This document shows, one piece after another, positions 41,765-53,262 of a DNA stretch of 64,000 nucleotides; position 1 is the first letter of the stretch, and the number at the start of each line of letters is the position of its first letter. The notes below the pieces were generated by a model. It saw only the letters and a program-made list of their open reading frames with translations. It was not told the DNA's origin and ran no database searches. The stretch spans positions 2,232,001 through 2,296,000 of the forward strand of contig OX597841.1 in assembly GCA_951406725.2 (NCBI GenBank), in the 5' to 3' direction. Made by a program: the position numbers and the translations under genes. Source of the DNA: Octopus vulgaris. Lineage: Eukaryota.

Positions 41765-43430
41765 GTTATACTACCAGACATTCAAGAAAGAGTATGGTGA
41801 AGCCAAGGGAGAGTTTATCCTCAAGGATCTGAAGAGGAAGATCGAGGAAGGATTATTCGGTGATGACATCAAATTGTCCCTTGTTGGGCCAGAGGGAAAA
41901 CAAGCTGCCATTGCCATTGTAACGCCACTGATGAGACGTGTGCATAAACTGATCAAACATTCTGGTGAACTAGTATTCATTGATGCATCTGGAAACATGA
42001 ACAGGCAAGGGTGTCGAGTTTTTTTGCTCTTGACGCACAGTTGTGCTGGAGGACTCCCACTTGGAGTGCTGATTACTACAAGTGAGAGCACAGAAACAAT
42101 TACAGAGGCGCTGAAGTTGTATAATTCTCTGTTGGATAATAGTGCATATTTTGGGCGAGGCTGGAAATCTGGGCCCGAAATCTTCATGACAGATGACAGT
42201 ACATCGGAAAGGCAATCACTCCATGCTGTCTACCCTGATGCCACACTTCTTCATTGTGTGTTTCACATTCTTCAGGCATTTTGGCGCTTCCTCTTGGAAG
42301 CTAAGAATGCAGTTAGGCAGGAAGACAGGCCACATTTGTTTTCCTTGTTGAAGGACATGATTTACTGTGACACCATCGAGGCGCTGAAGGCAAAACATGG
42401 TGAAATCATGAATGATGAAACATTGAAGAGGTACGAGTGTGTACGAAAGCACTTGGAGGACATCTGTGCCAAAAAGACATCGTGGGCAGTGTGTTATCGA
42501 GTTGGTCTGAATGTTGGTAACAACACAAACAACTACGCAGAGACAGCCATGCGGATAATGAAGGATCAGATCCTTGAAAGGACCAGGGCCTATAATTTGA
42601 TCCAGCTGGTCGATTTCATTGTCACAAGAGTGGAGACATATTATGAAAGGCGGCTCATTGACGTCTGCAACAACAGACTAGACAGGTTGCTTCAGTCTCG
42701 ATTTTTTCCTGATATCATGGCTGGATCTAAAATTGATCCAAACGAAATTGTTGGGATTGCCAACAGTAAGAACTTGTTCATGGTTCCAAGTGAGACAGAT
42801 GATCCGACAACCTACATGGTAGATATTGCTCTTGGTGTGTGCCAGTGTAGGAAAGGAATAACTGGTGGACCATGCAAGCATCAGTACCTGGTTTTCAAGA
42901 AGCTGAACATCCTGTCCTGCTGGAACTTCATTCCTATAAATGATCCCTCAATGAGGGAGTTGTTGTACGAAGTGGCCACAGGTTGTTCGAATGTTCCAAA
43001 ACAATGGTTTCTGCCCCTGAACTGCCAGAATGAACCAGATCAAGTGGATACAAACAGTATAACGATGGAGTCCATAGACAATATAAAAACTGAACCTCAT
43101 TGTGCTGACAGTGATGACAACTGCATGGAATCAAACAATCACATAAATGAAAATGACGGAGCTGACTGGAAGGATATGGAGATTTCAGATGGTTGCACAT
43201 CAAAACCAAGTGCTGAGGATGGAAGTGACCCAATAATCAATGAGCTAAACAAAGCTTTTCTTGCTTTACAAGAAAGTTATTCTCAAGACAAAGAATTCTT
43301 TGGGGGACCAGTAAAAAAATTCTCTAAGCATCTTCTGGAACTAACTTCTGGAACAGATACTGCGTTAGCTTCCGCGCTTCACTGCTTTGGTTGGTACTCT
43401 GATGTGGAAAGAAAAAATGAAAATATTTAG
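41765..43430 (+). CDS. MULE/SWIM gene exon 5: MULE DDE domain + SWIM zinc finger
   Basis: FIDASG (D1), MTDD (D2), LHCVFH (CxxH), SWAVCYR, TNNYAE (E), CQC..GGPCKH (SWIM). ttcAG acceptor, phase 2. Confidence 0.9.
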
Positions 43431-44681
43431 TCAATATGAAGACAATTGGTGTGCATCCAATTGCAGCATCCAGGAGAAAGATGGTTGGTGGTAGAGAAAC
43501 CGCAGACCATTGAAGGACTGTTTGAAAAGTGTGAAAGGAAAGGTGCCATTCAGCTCTCAGATTATGCCTAGATGCAAAGCTCAACATAACTTCACAAATG
43601 TGTTAAACACAACCAATCTCTTGGTAAAACACACTCTACCAAATTAGTAATTATCATCATAATCATGATTTATCATCACCACCATAACAGTCATTAAATC
43701 AATGTCATTGCCATCATCATCATCATCACCACCAACATCACTCTCATTGCTATCATCATTATAATTACGATTCATCATTACCACCATGACAATCATCAAC
43801 ATCAATGTCATCATGATCATCATCATCACTGCTACCTGCACCAACATCAATAACCATCATCAAAAGAGAAAATAAGCACGGTTATTCCTTACCCAAGTGA
43901 CCATGTATAATAAATTACAATATGGCGAAATTTCATTGGATCATAATGATAAAAACAATTGTAATAAAATAAAATGGGCAAAAAAATGTCAACAGTATGC
44001 CTCAGTCTGTCATTATTATGGGGGGAAAAAATTTATTTTATTCCCAACCCTTTTGGAAACAACATTAGCATCATCTAGCTGTGACTGTCATAGAATTAAA
44101 TACAATAATCAATAATATTAATATGCCAACTTGTTGTTTTTGTACATACATACCTGTGGTGTGTGTCACACTTGCTTTAAAGGAAGAAGTGAGTGGCAAA
44201 GCGGGAGAGGAGGACAGAGAGAAAAAGGGAGACATTAAGTGATGATGGCGTTCATTTTGGGTTTTTTAAATGTTTATCAGATCGCAAGAAAATATGCCAC
44301 AATACAGGTTCGCTTCGACATTACATGTTTATAAATTCCGTCCAAGGATTATTGTTATTAATATATTATATATATATATATATATATATAAATATATCCT
44401 GTGCCGGTGGCATGTAAAAGCACCATCCGATCGTGGCCGTTTGCCAGCCTCATCTGGCACCTGTGCAGATGGCACGTAAAAATCACCCACTACACTCTCG
44501 GAGTGGTTGGCGTTAGGAAGGGCATCCAGCTGTAGAAACACTGCCAGATCTGACTGGGCCTGGTGCAGCCTTCTGGCTTCCCAGACCCCTGTTGAACCGT
44601 CCAACCCATGCTAGCATGGAAAACGGACGTTAAACGATGATGATGATGATGATGATGATATATATATATATATATATATAT

Positions 44682-45395
44682 AGGGGAGGCGCAAAATTAG
44701 TAACCGGGGCAAAATGAGTAACTTCTGATTTCTCATTATTTTTTCCTAACTGTTTGAAATCATTACTTTGCAAGTATAGCATAAACATTTTGTATTGCTA
44801 CGTTATATTTAAGAGTATTGGTCATCATAGTTGTTGTTGTTGAGGGAGTTCAAAACATAGGTTACAGGTCCCCTTTTTTATCAAGAAATTTCCAGTTAAC
44901 TTTTACACTATTGTAACTGGGGTTGCGCATAAAACATCTGGATAATTTTTGATGTTTAACAATCAGTATTCTTTTCTCTGTCGGATTCCAAGTGAATTTT
45001 TTCCCACACTAATGTCTAGTTTGATAATTTTCAATTTTCAAAAAATGATGTCTAAAATGGGGTAAAATGAGTAATATATAATTTCAGTAATTTTTTTCTT
45101 TTTAACTTAATGGTGTGTAAATATATGACGAAGACGACACTCCAGTTGTTTGTGAAGAAGCCATAGAGGATATGTTATGAAGATTTTTTTTTATTTAGTC
45201 GAGTTTCGTTAATTTCATACCATGGGTCATTTTTCCCTGAGCCTTTTTCCTATGACCTAGATATTTAATATTTTTTTTTATTTATTTTTCCCTTTCTGAT
45301 ATCTAAGGATGAATACTGACGTGTATAAGTCTGTTTTCTGGGGAACTGAAGTAACAAATTTACAGTATCATGTCTTACTCATTTTGCCCCAGCCA
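44682..45395. mobile_element. Non-autonomous DNA transposon (pogo/Tigger-like) remnant
   Basis: Repeated and inverted motif GGGGCAAAATGAGTAA at 44706, 45059 and 45376 (reverse complement). Confidence 0.5.
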
Positions 45396-46319
45396 AATTT
45401 TTCTTTTATATACTCAAAAAGAATGGCAATTATTTTCTGAAATAGTTATCAGATTATGATATAATGCTTTTAATGCATTTTAGGGAAGGCAATTTGCTTA
45501 ACTGATATTTTTCTTATAAGGTAGTGAACATTTTTAAAAATATTTTGTCTCAAAGTTATAAGAGCAGTTAAAAAAAAAAATTTCCTCCCATCCCTTGTGT
45601 GTGTGTCCACAAAATAAACGTTGAGTGCGCAGGAGTGGCTGTGTGGTAAGTAGCTTGCTAACCAACCACATGGTTCCGAGTTCAGTCCCACTACATAGCA
45701 CCTTGGGCAAGTGTCTTCTGCTATAGCCTCGGGCCAACCAAAGCCTTGTGAGTGGATTTGGTAGATGGAAACTGAAAGAAGCCTGTCGTATATATGTATA
45801 TATATATATGTATGTGTGTGTATATGTTTGTCTGTGTTTGTCCCTCTAGCATCGCTTGACAACTGCTGGTGTGTTTACGTCCCCGTCACTTAACGGTTTG
45901 GCAAAAGAGACCGATAGAATAAGTACTGGGCTTACAAAGAATAAGTCACGGGGTCGATTTGCTCGACTAAAGGCGATGCTCCAGCATGGCCGCAGTCAAA
46001 TGACTGAAACAAGTAAAAGAGTATACCTATATATATATATATTTGTTTACGTAGGTGTAGTTATATATGAGCCCTTTTGTGAGTGTTTGTACTTTTATTT
46101 GTGTTGTCTGTATGTAAATGTGCGTGTTTATAGTTGCGCAAGTATATATACGTTGTTACATTATACCTCTAAGTGTGGGTACTTTTTTTCTTATCTGCTC
46201 TTTAAAACTGTCAGATACGCTATGAAGGAACAAGACAGTTACCCAGAACGCATAAATACATATCAGAAATATTAAATTTCTAAATATCTCATAGAGATAT
46301 GTACGGTGGCGGAGCGATA

Positions 46320-46563
46320 GAGTGGTTGTATACGTCAACTTAACGTGACAGTCCTGTAAGGCAATTACATTACCGCTGTTTAGCCCTAGGAAGCATCGAC
46401 GCTTCCTAGCTGTTGGGGGTGTTTGTCTCCCCTTCGTAAATATATAAGGACACAGGAAATGTGTCAAGGCCGACAGGAAGCGTCGTTGCTTCCTAGGGCT
46501 AAACAGCGGTGGTGTAATTCCCTTACAGGACTGTCACGTTAAGTTGACAGTATACAACCACTC
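46320..46563. mobile_element. Fold-back element with ~88-bp inverted arms
   Basis: gagtggttgtatac...gcttcct pairs with aggaagc...gtatacaaccactc. Confidence 0.8.
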
Positions 46564-46752
46564 ATAAATACATAGAAATACAGCGCAGGAGTGGCTGTGT
46601 GGTAAGTAGCTTGCTTACCAACCACATGGTTCCGGGTTCAGTCCCACTGCGTGGCACCTTGGGCAAGTGTCTCCTACTATAGCCTCGGGCCGACCAAAGC
46701 CTTGTGACTGGATTTGGTAGATGGAAACTGAAAGAAGCCCGTCGTATATATG

Positions 46753-46785
<33 letters not shown>

Positions 46786-47274
46786 ATGTTTGTGTGTCTG
46801 TGTTTGTCCCCCTAGCATTGCTTGACAACCGATGCTGGTGTGTTTATGTCCCCATCACTTAGCGGCTCGGCAAAAGAGACCGATAGAATAAGTACTGGGC
46901 TTACAAAGAATAAGTCCAGGGGTCGAGTTGCTCGACTAAAGGCGCTGCTCCAGCATGGCCGCAGTCAAACGCCTGGAACAAGTAAAAGAGTAATTGCAAT
47001 AGAATGCTACCTAAAGGGAGATAACAAGCCTTAGTATCAGATATGATAAAAGGGCATGCGCAATACACGCAATATCTCTTGACATCGAATTAAACATGTC
47101 CGTGTTATGAATTTCTTTTCATCGTCTTTTTATACACTCAAACTCTTTATAGTAACGCTGTCCATATCAAGCATTCACGTAAGTATTCAACAACGAAAAT
47201 ACTTAATCTTTTATCTTAAATATTCTAGACGTTCAGTTTTTGGCGCATTGATTCTGTGTGTCTCCCGTCTTTTA

Positions 47275-47600
47275 TGGGTGATAGATGTCTATTATTTGTG
47301 CGTGAGTTGGCTGCTATTTCTAGCTATGGATGAGAACTATCTATGATTTGTGCGTGAACTGGTTGCTATTTCGGCGGAAGTAAAGAATATGCATACTACC
47401 CATTTTCAGCGTAACCTTAACCCTAAAACTAACCCTAGCCACCGGGTGTGCGTATTCTTTACTTTCGCCGATATTTCTAGCAATGGATGAGAGATGTCTA
47501 TGATTTGTGTGAGATTTGGCTACTATGTCTAGCTATGGAAATGTCTATAATTTGTGCGAGATTTGGCTGCTATTTCTAGCCATGGAAGCTACCTTCTACA
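47275..47600 (+). repeat. Short diverged array (about 4-5 units) of the 52-bp repeat in ZNF-1 intron 1
   Basis: gatgtctatgatttgtg..gatttggctgctatttctagc..atgga units; ends with agctaccttctacactccatcg, as the large array does. Confidence 0.8.
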
Positions 47601-48190
47601 CTCCATCGTTGCCCCTATTTTCTGATTTAATCTAAATGATATTATACAGTGTAAAGAGGTGTGTTTGTGATTTACAAATATATAAGCTATACACAAGATT
47701 CTGTGATGTAAATTTGAAGTAATGAAAGTGTTCAATTGTTCAGGTAAATGTTTATTTCTACAGTTTCTAGAAATGTAAATTTTCCATTGTTGAATCTGTA
47801 TATTTTAAGTAACCTCTATATCTACACTATTGTTTCTTTATTATTTCAGAATATCAACTGACATTGGGATAAGTGAAGACACATTCTTGATATTTATCAT
47901 CTATAAAGACTAAAAGAAAATTTTATACAGAGCAAATATATAAAACTGTTTCTTTAAACCTACGGTAGATACCATAGAAAATATTTGCTCTGATCTGAGA
48001 TTATTAGCAAAAGTTCTGAACATCACTGACTGAAATGTCTACAAGATGAGTTTGTGTACTGAGTAAATTTGGATACATTTACATAAGTGTTGATAGAGAA
48101 AAGTAACGGTGGACAGAAATGAAGTACTGGAAGTATTTATAAGAATAAACAAGAAAAATATATGTACATTGTGATTTGAGAAGAAATATC

Positions 48191-49702
48191 ATGGAAAAGA
48201 GTAAAAAGCTTAAAGAATTGATTTCCCATCCCCATGGAAACATGACAGAGAGAGAAAATTTGTCATATAATTGTGATGTCTGTAAAAAGTCTTTCTCTCA
48301 AAAAAGTAACCTAACTGAACACAAACATATTCATACAAGAGAAAAGCTATATCACTGTGATATCTGTGGTAAGTCTTTCACTTGCAGTATTGACAGAACT
48401 AGACATAAACGTATTCATACAGGAGAGATGCCATATTGTTGTGACATCTGTAATAAGTCCTTCTCTCAAAAAAGTAACCTGAATACTCACAAACGTACTC
48501 ATACAGGGGAGAAGCCATATATCTGCGATATCTGTGGTAAATTGTTCTCTCAAAGTTGTAAATTAACTTCACACAGACTTACGCATACTGGAGAAAAGCC
48601 ACATCACTGTGATATCTGTGATAAATCATTCTCTCAAAGTAGTACCTTAAGTAGACACAAATATATTCATATGGGAAAGACACCCCATCACTGTGATATC
48701 TGTAATAAATCATTCTCTCAAAGTAGTCACTTAACTAAGCACAAATGTGTTCATTCAGGAGAGAAGCCATTTTATTGTGATGTTTGTGGTAAATCATACA
48801 CTGTAAGCAGTACTTTAGCTGCACATAAACGTATTCACACAGGGGAGAAGCCATACCACTGTGATATCTGTAGCAGATCGTTCACTGAAAGTAGTTCTTT
48901 AACTGCACACAAACGTCTGCATTCAGGTGAGAAACCATATCACTGTGATATCTGTGGTAAAGCGTTCACTGTAAGTAGTAGATTAACTGAACACAAGCGT
49001 ACTCATACAGGAGTGAAGCCATATCATTGTGATATCTGTGGTAAGTCATTCTCTAAGAGTAGTAACTTAACTCCGCACAAACGTATTCATACAGGAGAGA
49101 AGCCATATCCTTGTGATACTTGTGGTAGATTATTCAGTGAAAGTAGTGCTTTGACTACCCACAAACGTCTTCATTCAGGAGAGAAACCATATCATTGTGA
49201 TGTCTGTGGTAAATCATTCTCTGACAGTAGCAACTTCACTACACACAAACTTATTCACTCGGCAGAGATGCCGTATCACTGTGATATCTGTGGTAAATCA
49301 TTCCCTAAAAGATATTACTTAACTACACACAAACGTATTCATACAGGTGAGAGGCCATATCACTGTGATATCTGTGGTAAATCATTCCATAAAAGGCATC
49401 AGTTAACTAAACACAAACGTATTCATACAGGAGAGAAGCCATATCATTGTGGTACTTGTGGTAAGTCATTCATGGAAAATAGTGCTTTAACTACACACAA
49501 ACGTCTTCATTCAGGAGAGAAACCATATTATTGTGATATCTGTGGTAAATCATTCTCTCAAAATGGTAACTTAACTATACACAAACGTATTCATACAGGA
49601 GAGACACCATATCATTGTGATATTTGTGGTAAATCCTTCACTGTAAGTTGTTCTTTAACTAGACACAAACATATTCATACGAGAGAGACCATTTCACTGT
49701 GA
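48191..49702 (+). CDS. C2H2 zinc-finger protein 1 (503 aa, 17 fingers), single coding exon
   Basis: CxxC..F..L..H...H fingers with TGEKPY linkers; ATG at 48191; 5'UTR acceptor at 47849. Confidence 0.93.
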   Translation: MEKSKKLKELISHPHGNMTERENLSYNCDVCKKSFSQKSNLTEHKHIHTREKLYHCDICGKSFTCSIDRTRHKRIHTGEMPYCCDICNKSFSQKSNLNTHKRTHTGEKPYICDICGKLFSQSCKLTSHRLTHTGEKPHHCDICDKSFSQSSTLSRHKYIHMGKTPHHCDICNKSFSQSSHLTKHKCVHSGEKPFYCDVCGKSYTVSSTLAAHKRIHTGEKPYHCDICSRSFTESSSLTAHKRLHSGEKPYHCDICGKAFTVSSRLTEHKRTHTGVKPYHCDICGKSFSKSSNLTPHKRIHTGEKPYPCDTCGRLFSESSALTTHKRLHSGEKPYHCDVCGKSFSDSSNFTTHKLIHSAEMPYHCDICGKSFPKRYYLTTHKRIHTGERPYHCDICGKSFHKRHQLTKHKRIHTGEKPYHCGTCGKSFMENSALTTHKRLHSGEKPYYCDICGKSFSQNGNLTIHKRIHTGETPYHCDICGKSFTVSCSLTRHKHIHTRETISL

Positions 49703-50209
49703 TGTCGGTACTAAATCAGTCTTGATGGTAGTACTTTGACTTCATACAAAACATATTCATACAAAAGAGAAGTCCTTTCAGTAGTAAATCATTCACAGAA
49801 AGTAGTAAATTAGCTGCACCCAGTCATATTTGTACAGAAGAGATAGGAAAAGGGGAGTTTGTTTTAATGTAAGCATTTGTTTTCTTTTCAATATTCCCAT
49901 GTTTCATGCGATGGATGTTACAACTTTGAAAATAAAGTATTTCCAAAAGTTTCAGTTTTTTTCTCCTTATATTTTCACCCATCACTCTCCTCTACTTCCA
50001 AGCCCTTTTTCTTTCCCATGATGTAGGGACTTCTACACTAAAACCCTTCTTCCTAGCAACCCTAAACATGGTTCTTTGTTGAATATCGCTTCCACAATTT
50101 ACTGCATATTTATTGTTTATTAATTTTTAATTGCTTCACTCATTAAATATGTTTGTAATAGCAGAAGTTATTGCTTTTCCATACAGAGGAATTCAATGAA
50201 GTCAAATAT

Positions 50210-51700
50210 GTACAAAAGGCATAATATGGCCCCTATTTTGTTTGCACTCTTCGGTGATGCTGAGGTATGCTTTTGGCGACATACAAAGTGGTGTCAAAGT
50301 TCAGTTTCAAACAAGTGGTGGACTATGCAATCATCAGCGTTTCAAAGCCAAAATACTGCTACGCACCAGTATTATTTGTGATCTACTTTTCGCAGAGGGA
50401 GGTCAGGAACTTCTATACCGGTTCTCTGCTGCATGTAAAGCCTTTGGTTTAACCATCAGCATAAAGAAGACGGAAGTAATCCTTGCCTTACTCCGTAACA
50501 AGTTCGGTGTCAAGCAGAGGCTACCGGTTCGCAATTTTCCTAACATACCTATACAGGTTGAAGGGAAAAGCCTAAATTATGAGAAGTCATTTACATATCT
50601 TGGTAGTAAAGTGAATTTGAACGCTCCCCCTGATGATGAAATCGTCTCCCAAAGGTAACCAATGCAGTTGGCAAACTCCGTCATCGCATATGGAAGGAAA
50701 GGAGCATGAAACTTGACACCAAAGTACAGATCTATAAAGCAGCTGTTCTTACTACTCTATTGTATGGCTCAGAAATGTGGATACCCAATAGACAATGCGC
50801 AGGAGTGGCTGTGTGGTAAGTAGCTTGTTTACCAACCACATGGTTCCGGGTTCAGTCCCACTGCGTGACACCTTGGGCAAGTGTCTTCCACTATAGCCCT
50901 CGGGCTGACCAATGCCTTGTGAGTGGATTTGGTAGATGGAAACTGAAAGAAGCCCATCGTATATATGTATATATATGTTTGTGTGTCTGTGTTTGTCTCC
51001 CTAGCATTGTTTGACAACCGATGCTGGTGTGTTTATGTTCCCGTAACTTAGTGGTTCGGCAAAAAGAGACCGATAGAATAAGTACTGGACTTACAAAGAA
51101 TAAGTCCAGGGATCAAGTTGCTCGATTAAAGGCGGTGCACCAGCATGGCTGCAGTCAAAATGACTGAAACAAGTAAAAAGAGATAAAAAGAGAAAGACAT
51201 CTTTCACAGACTAAGGACAATCTGTGGATATTCACTGAAAGACAAAGTTTTTAATACAGATTTGTTTAGCAAATTGGTGGAATTAAGAGCTTCCTTATAC
51301 AATCACAATTTTGCTGGGCTGGCCATGTCGTCAGAATGAGTAACAAGAGAATACTCAAAGTTCTCATGTAAAGCCAGCTTAAGAGTGGGCAGAGAAATGT
51401 TGGTCGACCATGGCTCAGATATAAGGACAAGCTGAAAAGTAACCCCTTAGAGATGAAGATAGCTCACAACATCTTTGAGCGAACAGTTTTGGAATGAACA
51501 AAATGGAGATCTTTGTGTCAAAATGGTATTAAAACCTTTGTTACAACTAACATTAACAGGCTTCGGGGTGTGAGACAAAGGATCAAAGCGACTGCAAATA
51601 TACCACCTGCACTGACCTGTAACCCTCATACTTGCAACAACTATGGCCTCCCTTGCAAATCGTTGGTGGGACTTAAATGTCACATTCTATATAAGTATTA
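50210..51700 (+). mobile_element. RTE-clade LINE relic interrupted by SINE B
   Basis: RFSAACKAFGLTISIKKTEV, FTYLGS, YKAAVLTTLLYGSEMW, WAGHVVRM motifs, with frameshifts. Confidence 0.8.
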
Positions 51701-51799
51701 CAATTGGCAAAGAAAGAGTACGTTGTCGGTGCCTCATACGTCGAAACCGACGGGACAGTCCATCATATATATATATATATATTATAATAATAATAATAA

Positions 51800-52357
51800 A
51801 TGCCCTGATGCAGTACCAAGCAGTGGCTCTCGTGGCTTCAGATCTTAACTGATTGGAAGTGTTATCATGTACATTGTTTTGTCTTGGTATAAAAGATGGG
51901 CTACAGCAAATATTCTGCTCAATACAACAGGTTTGCTTGTTAGTTGTTTGACTTTAACCAGTTGAGCATGTCCCTTGGTGGCTGACAATATGTGCATCTC
52001 TGATCACGAGCAGAAGTAGTGGGGGAGCATCATAGCCATGTGTTGAGAGGGATTCTTGGAGGTTTGGATAATTCACCTTTGGAAACATGGGTGGTTTGTT
52101 CAACATCCCTATATAATCCTTATTCAGGGACCTTTTGAGCGGGATGGGCTACTCGACCAGAAGGAAATTCTAACTGGGCCCCCACCTGTAAGGTCATGCA
52201 CTGTTTATCTTGATATGAGATCACTATGTCGCGCACATGTGGTTATGATGTATGTGTCTGGGGTACCCTTATCAGACGGGTAGTCATGATGGGTATACTG
52301 GGCTTCGTATATTTTACCCCGGTGTCACTTTGATGGCATGCACTGCTCTCTCACTCA
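51800..52357 (+). mobile_element. ~560-bp non-coding element flanked by (TAA)n on both sides
   Basis: (aat)n-tgccctgatgcagtacc...ctctcactc-(aat)n; second copy at 20205-20430. Confidence 0.7.
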
Positions 52358-52452
52358 ATAATAATAATATCAGGATAATATAGATTTTAGAAATTTTTAC
52401 TACCTGTAGCCTAGCGTGTAGAAAAATTAGTCAATAGACTATATATTATTCA

Positions 52453-52600
52453 TATAAATACAGTATACATTTAAACACAGGAGGTATCCATCATAGAACT
52501 TCTTCCACGCTAGTGGCTTGGATTTTAGCTGTTCCTTCTAGCGTGAAAGGAATCCTATGATGGATACCTCTTAGGTGTTTAAATGTACACTGTATTTATA
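52453..52600. mobile_element. ~150-bp imperfect palindromic (MITE-like) element
   Basis: ataaatacagt.tacatttaaacac..gaggtatccatcatag pairs with ctatgatggatacctc..gtgtttaaatgta.actgtatttat. Confidence 0.65.
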
Positions 52601-53004
52601 TATATATATATGTCTGAGTGTGTGTATATTTATATATGTATATCTATGTGTATCTGTATTTCTACCCCACCATCACTCGACAACACGTGTTGGTGTGTTC
52701 ACGTCCCAGTAAATTATAGATATACTTATTTATTGCCCACAAGGGGCTAAACACAGAGGGGACAGACAAAGGGATTAAGTCAATTACATAGACCCCAGTG
52801 CGTAACTGGTACTTAATTTATCGACCCCGAAAGGATGAAAGGCAAAGTCGACCTCGGCGGAATTTGAACTCACAACGTAACGGCAGACGAAATGCGTAGC
52901 CGCATTTCGCCCGGCATGCTAACGTTTCTGCCATCTCGCCAGGGTCGGCGTGACAGCAGAATTGTGGAAATTAAAGGGAAGTAACAAATGATAGCTACCG
53001 TAAA

Positions 53005-53157
53005 CATTTCGTATAAAACATGCGCATGTGCATTAAACGTACTTCCGTAATTGCCTCTTACTTAAATTTCTCGTAATTCCCACACTTTTAATACATTCAA
53101 TACACATAATGCTCGCATTTATAACAACACTATCCTTAATGAAACATTTCTGTAAGT
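53005..53157 (+). promoter_or_regulatory. Putative ZNF-2 promoter and non-coding first exon
   Basis: TGCGCATGTGCA (NRF1-like), ACTTCCG (ETS-like), donor GTAAGT at 53152. The analogous ZNF-1 region has gcatgcgca at ~47054 and GTAAGT at 47179. Confidence 0.55.
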
Positions 53158-53262
53158 ACTAAACAATGAAACTATTCAATTTTTTTAATATTGAAAGCTT
53201 TCGGTTCTTTGACGTCTCGATTCTTTGTGTCACTTCTTTCTTTTGTGGAATGAGAGATGACC

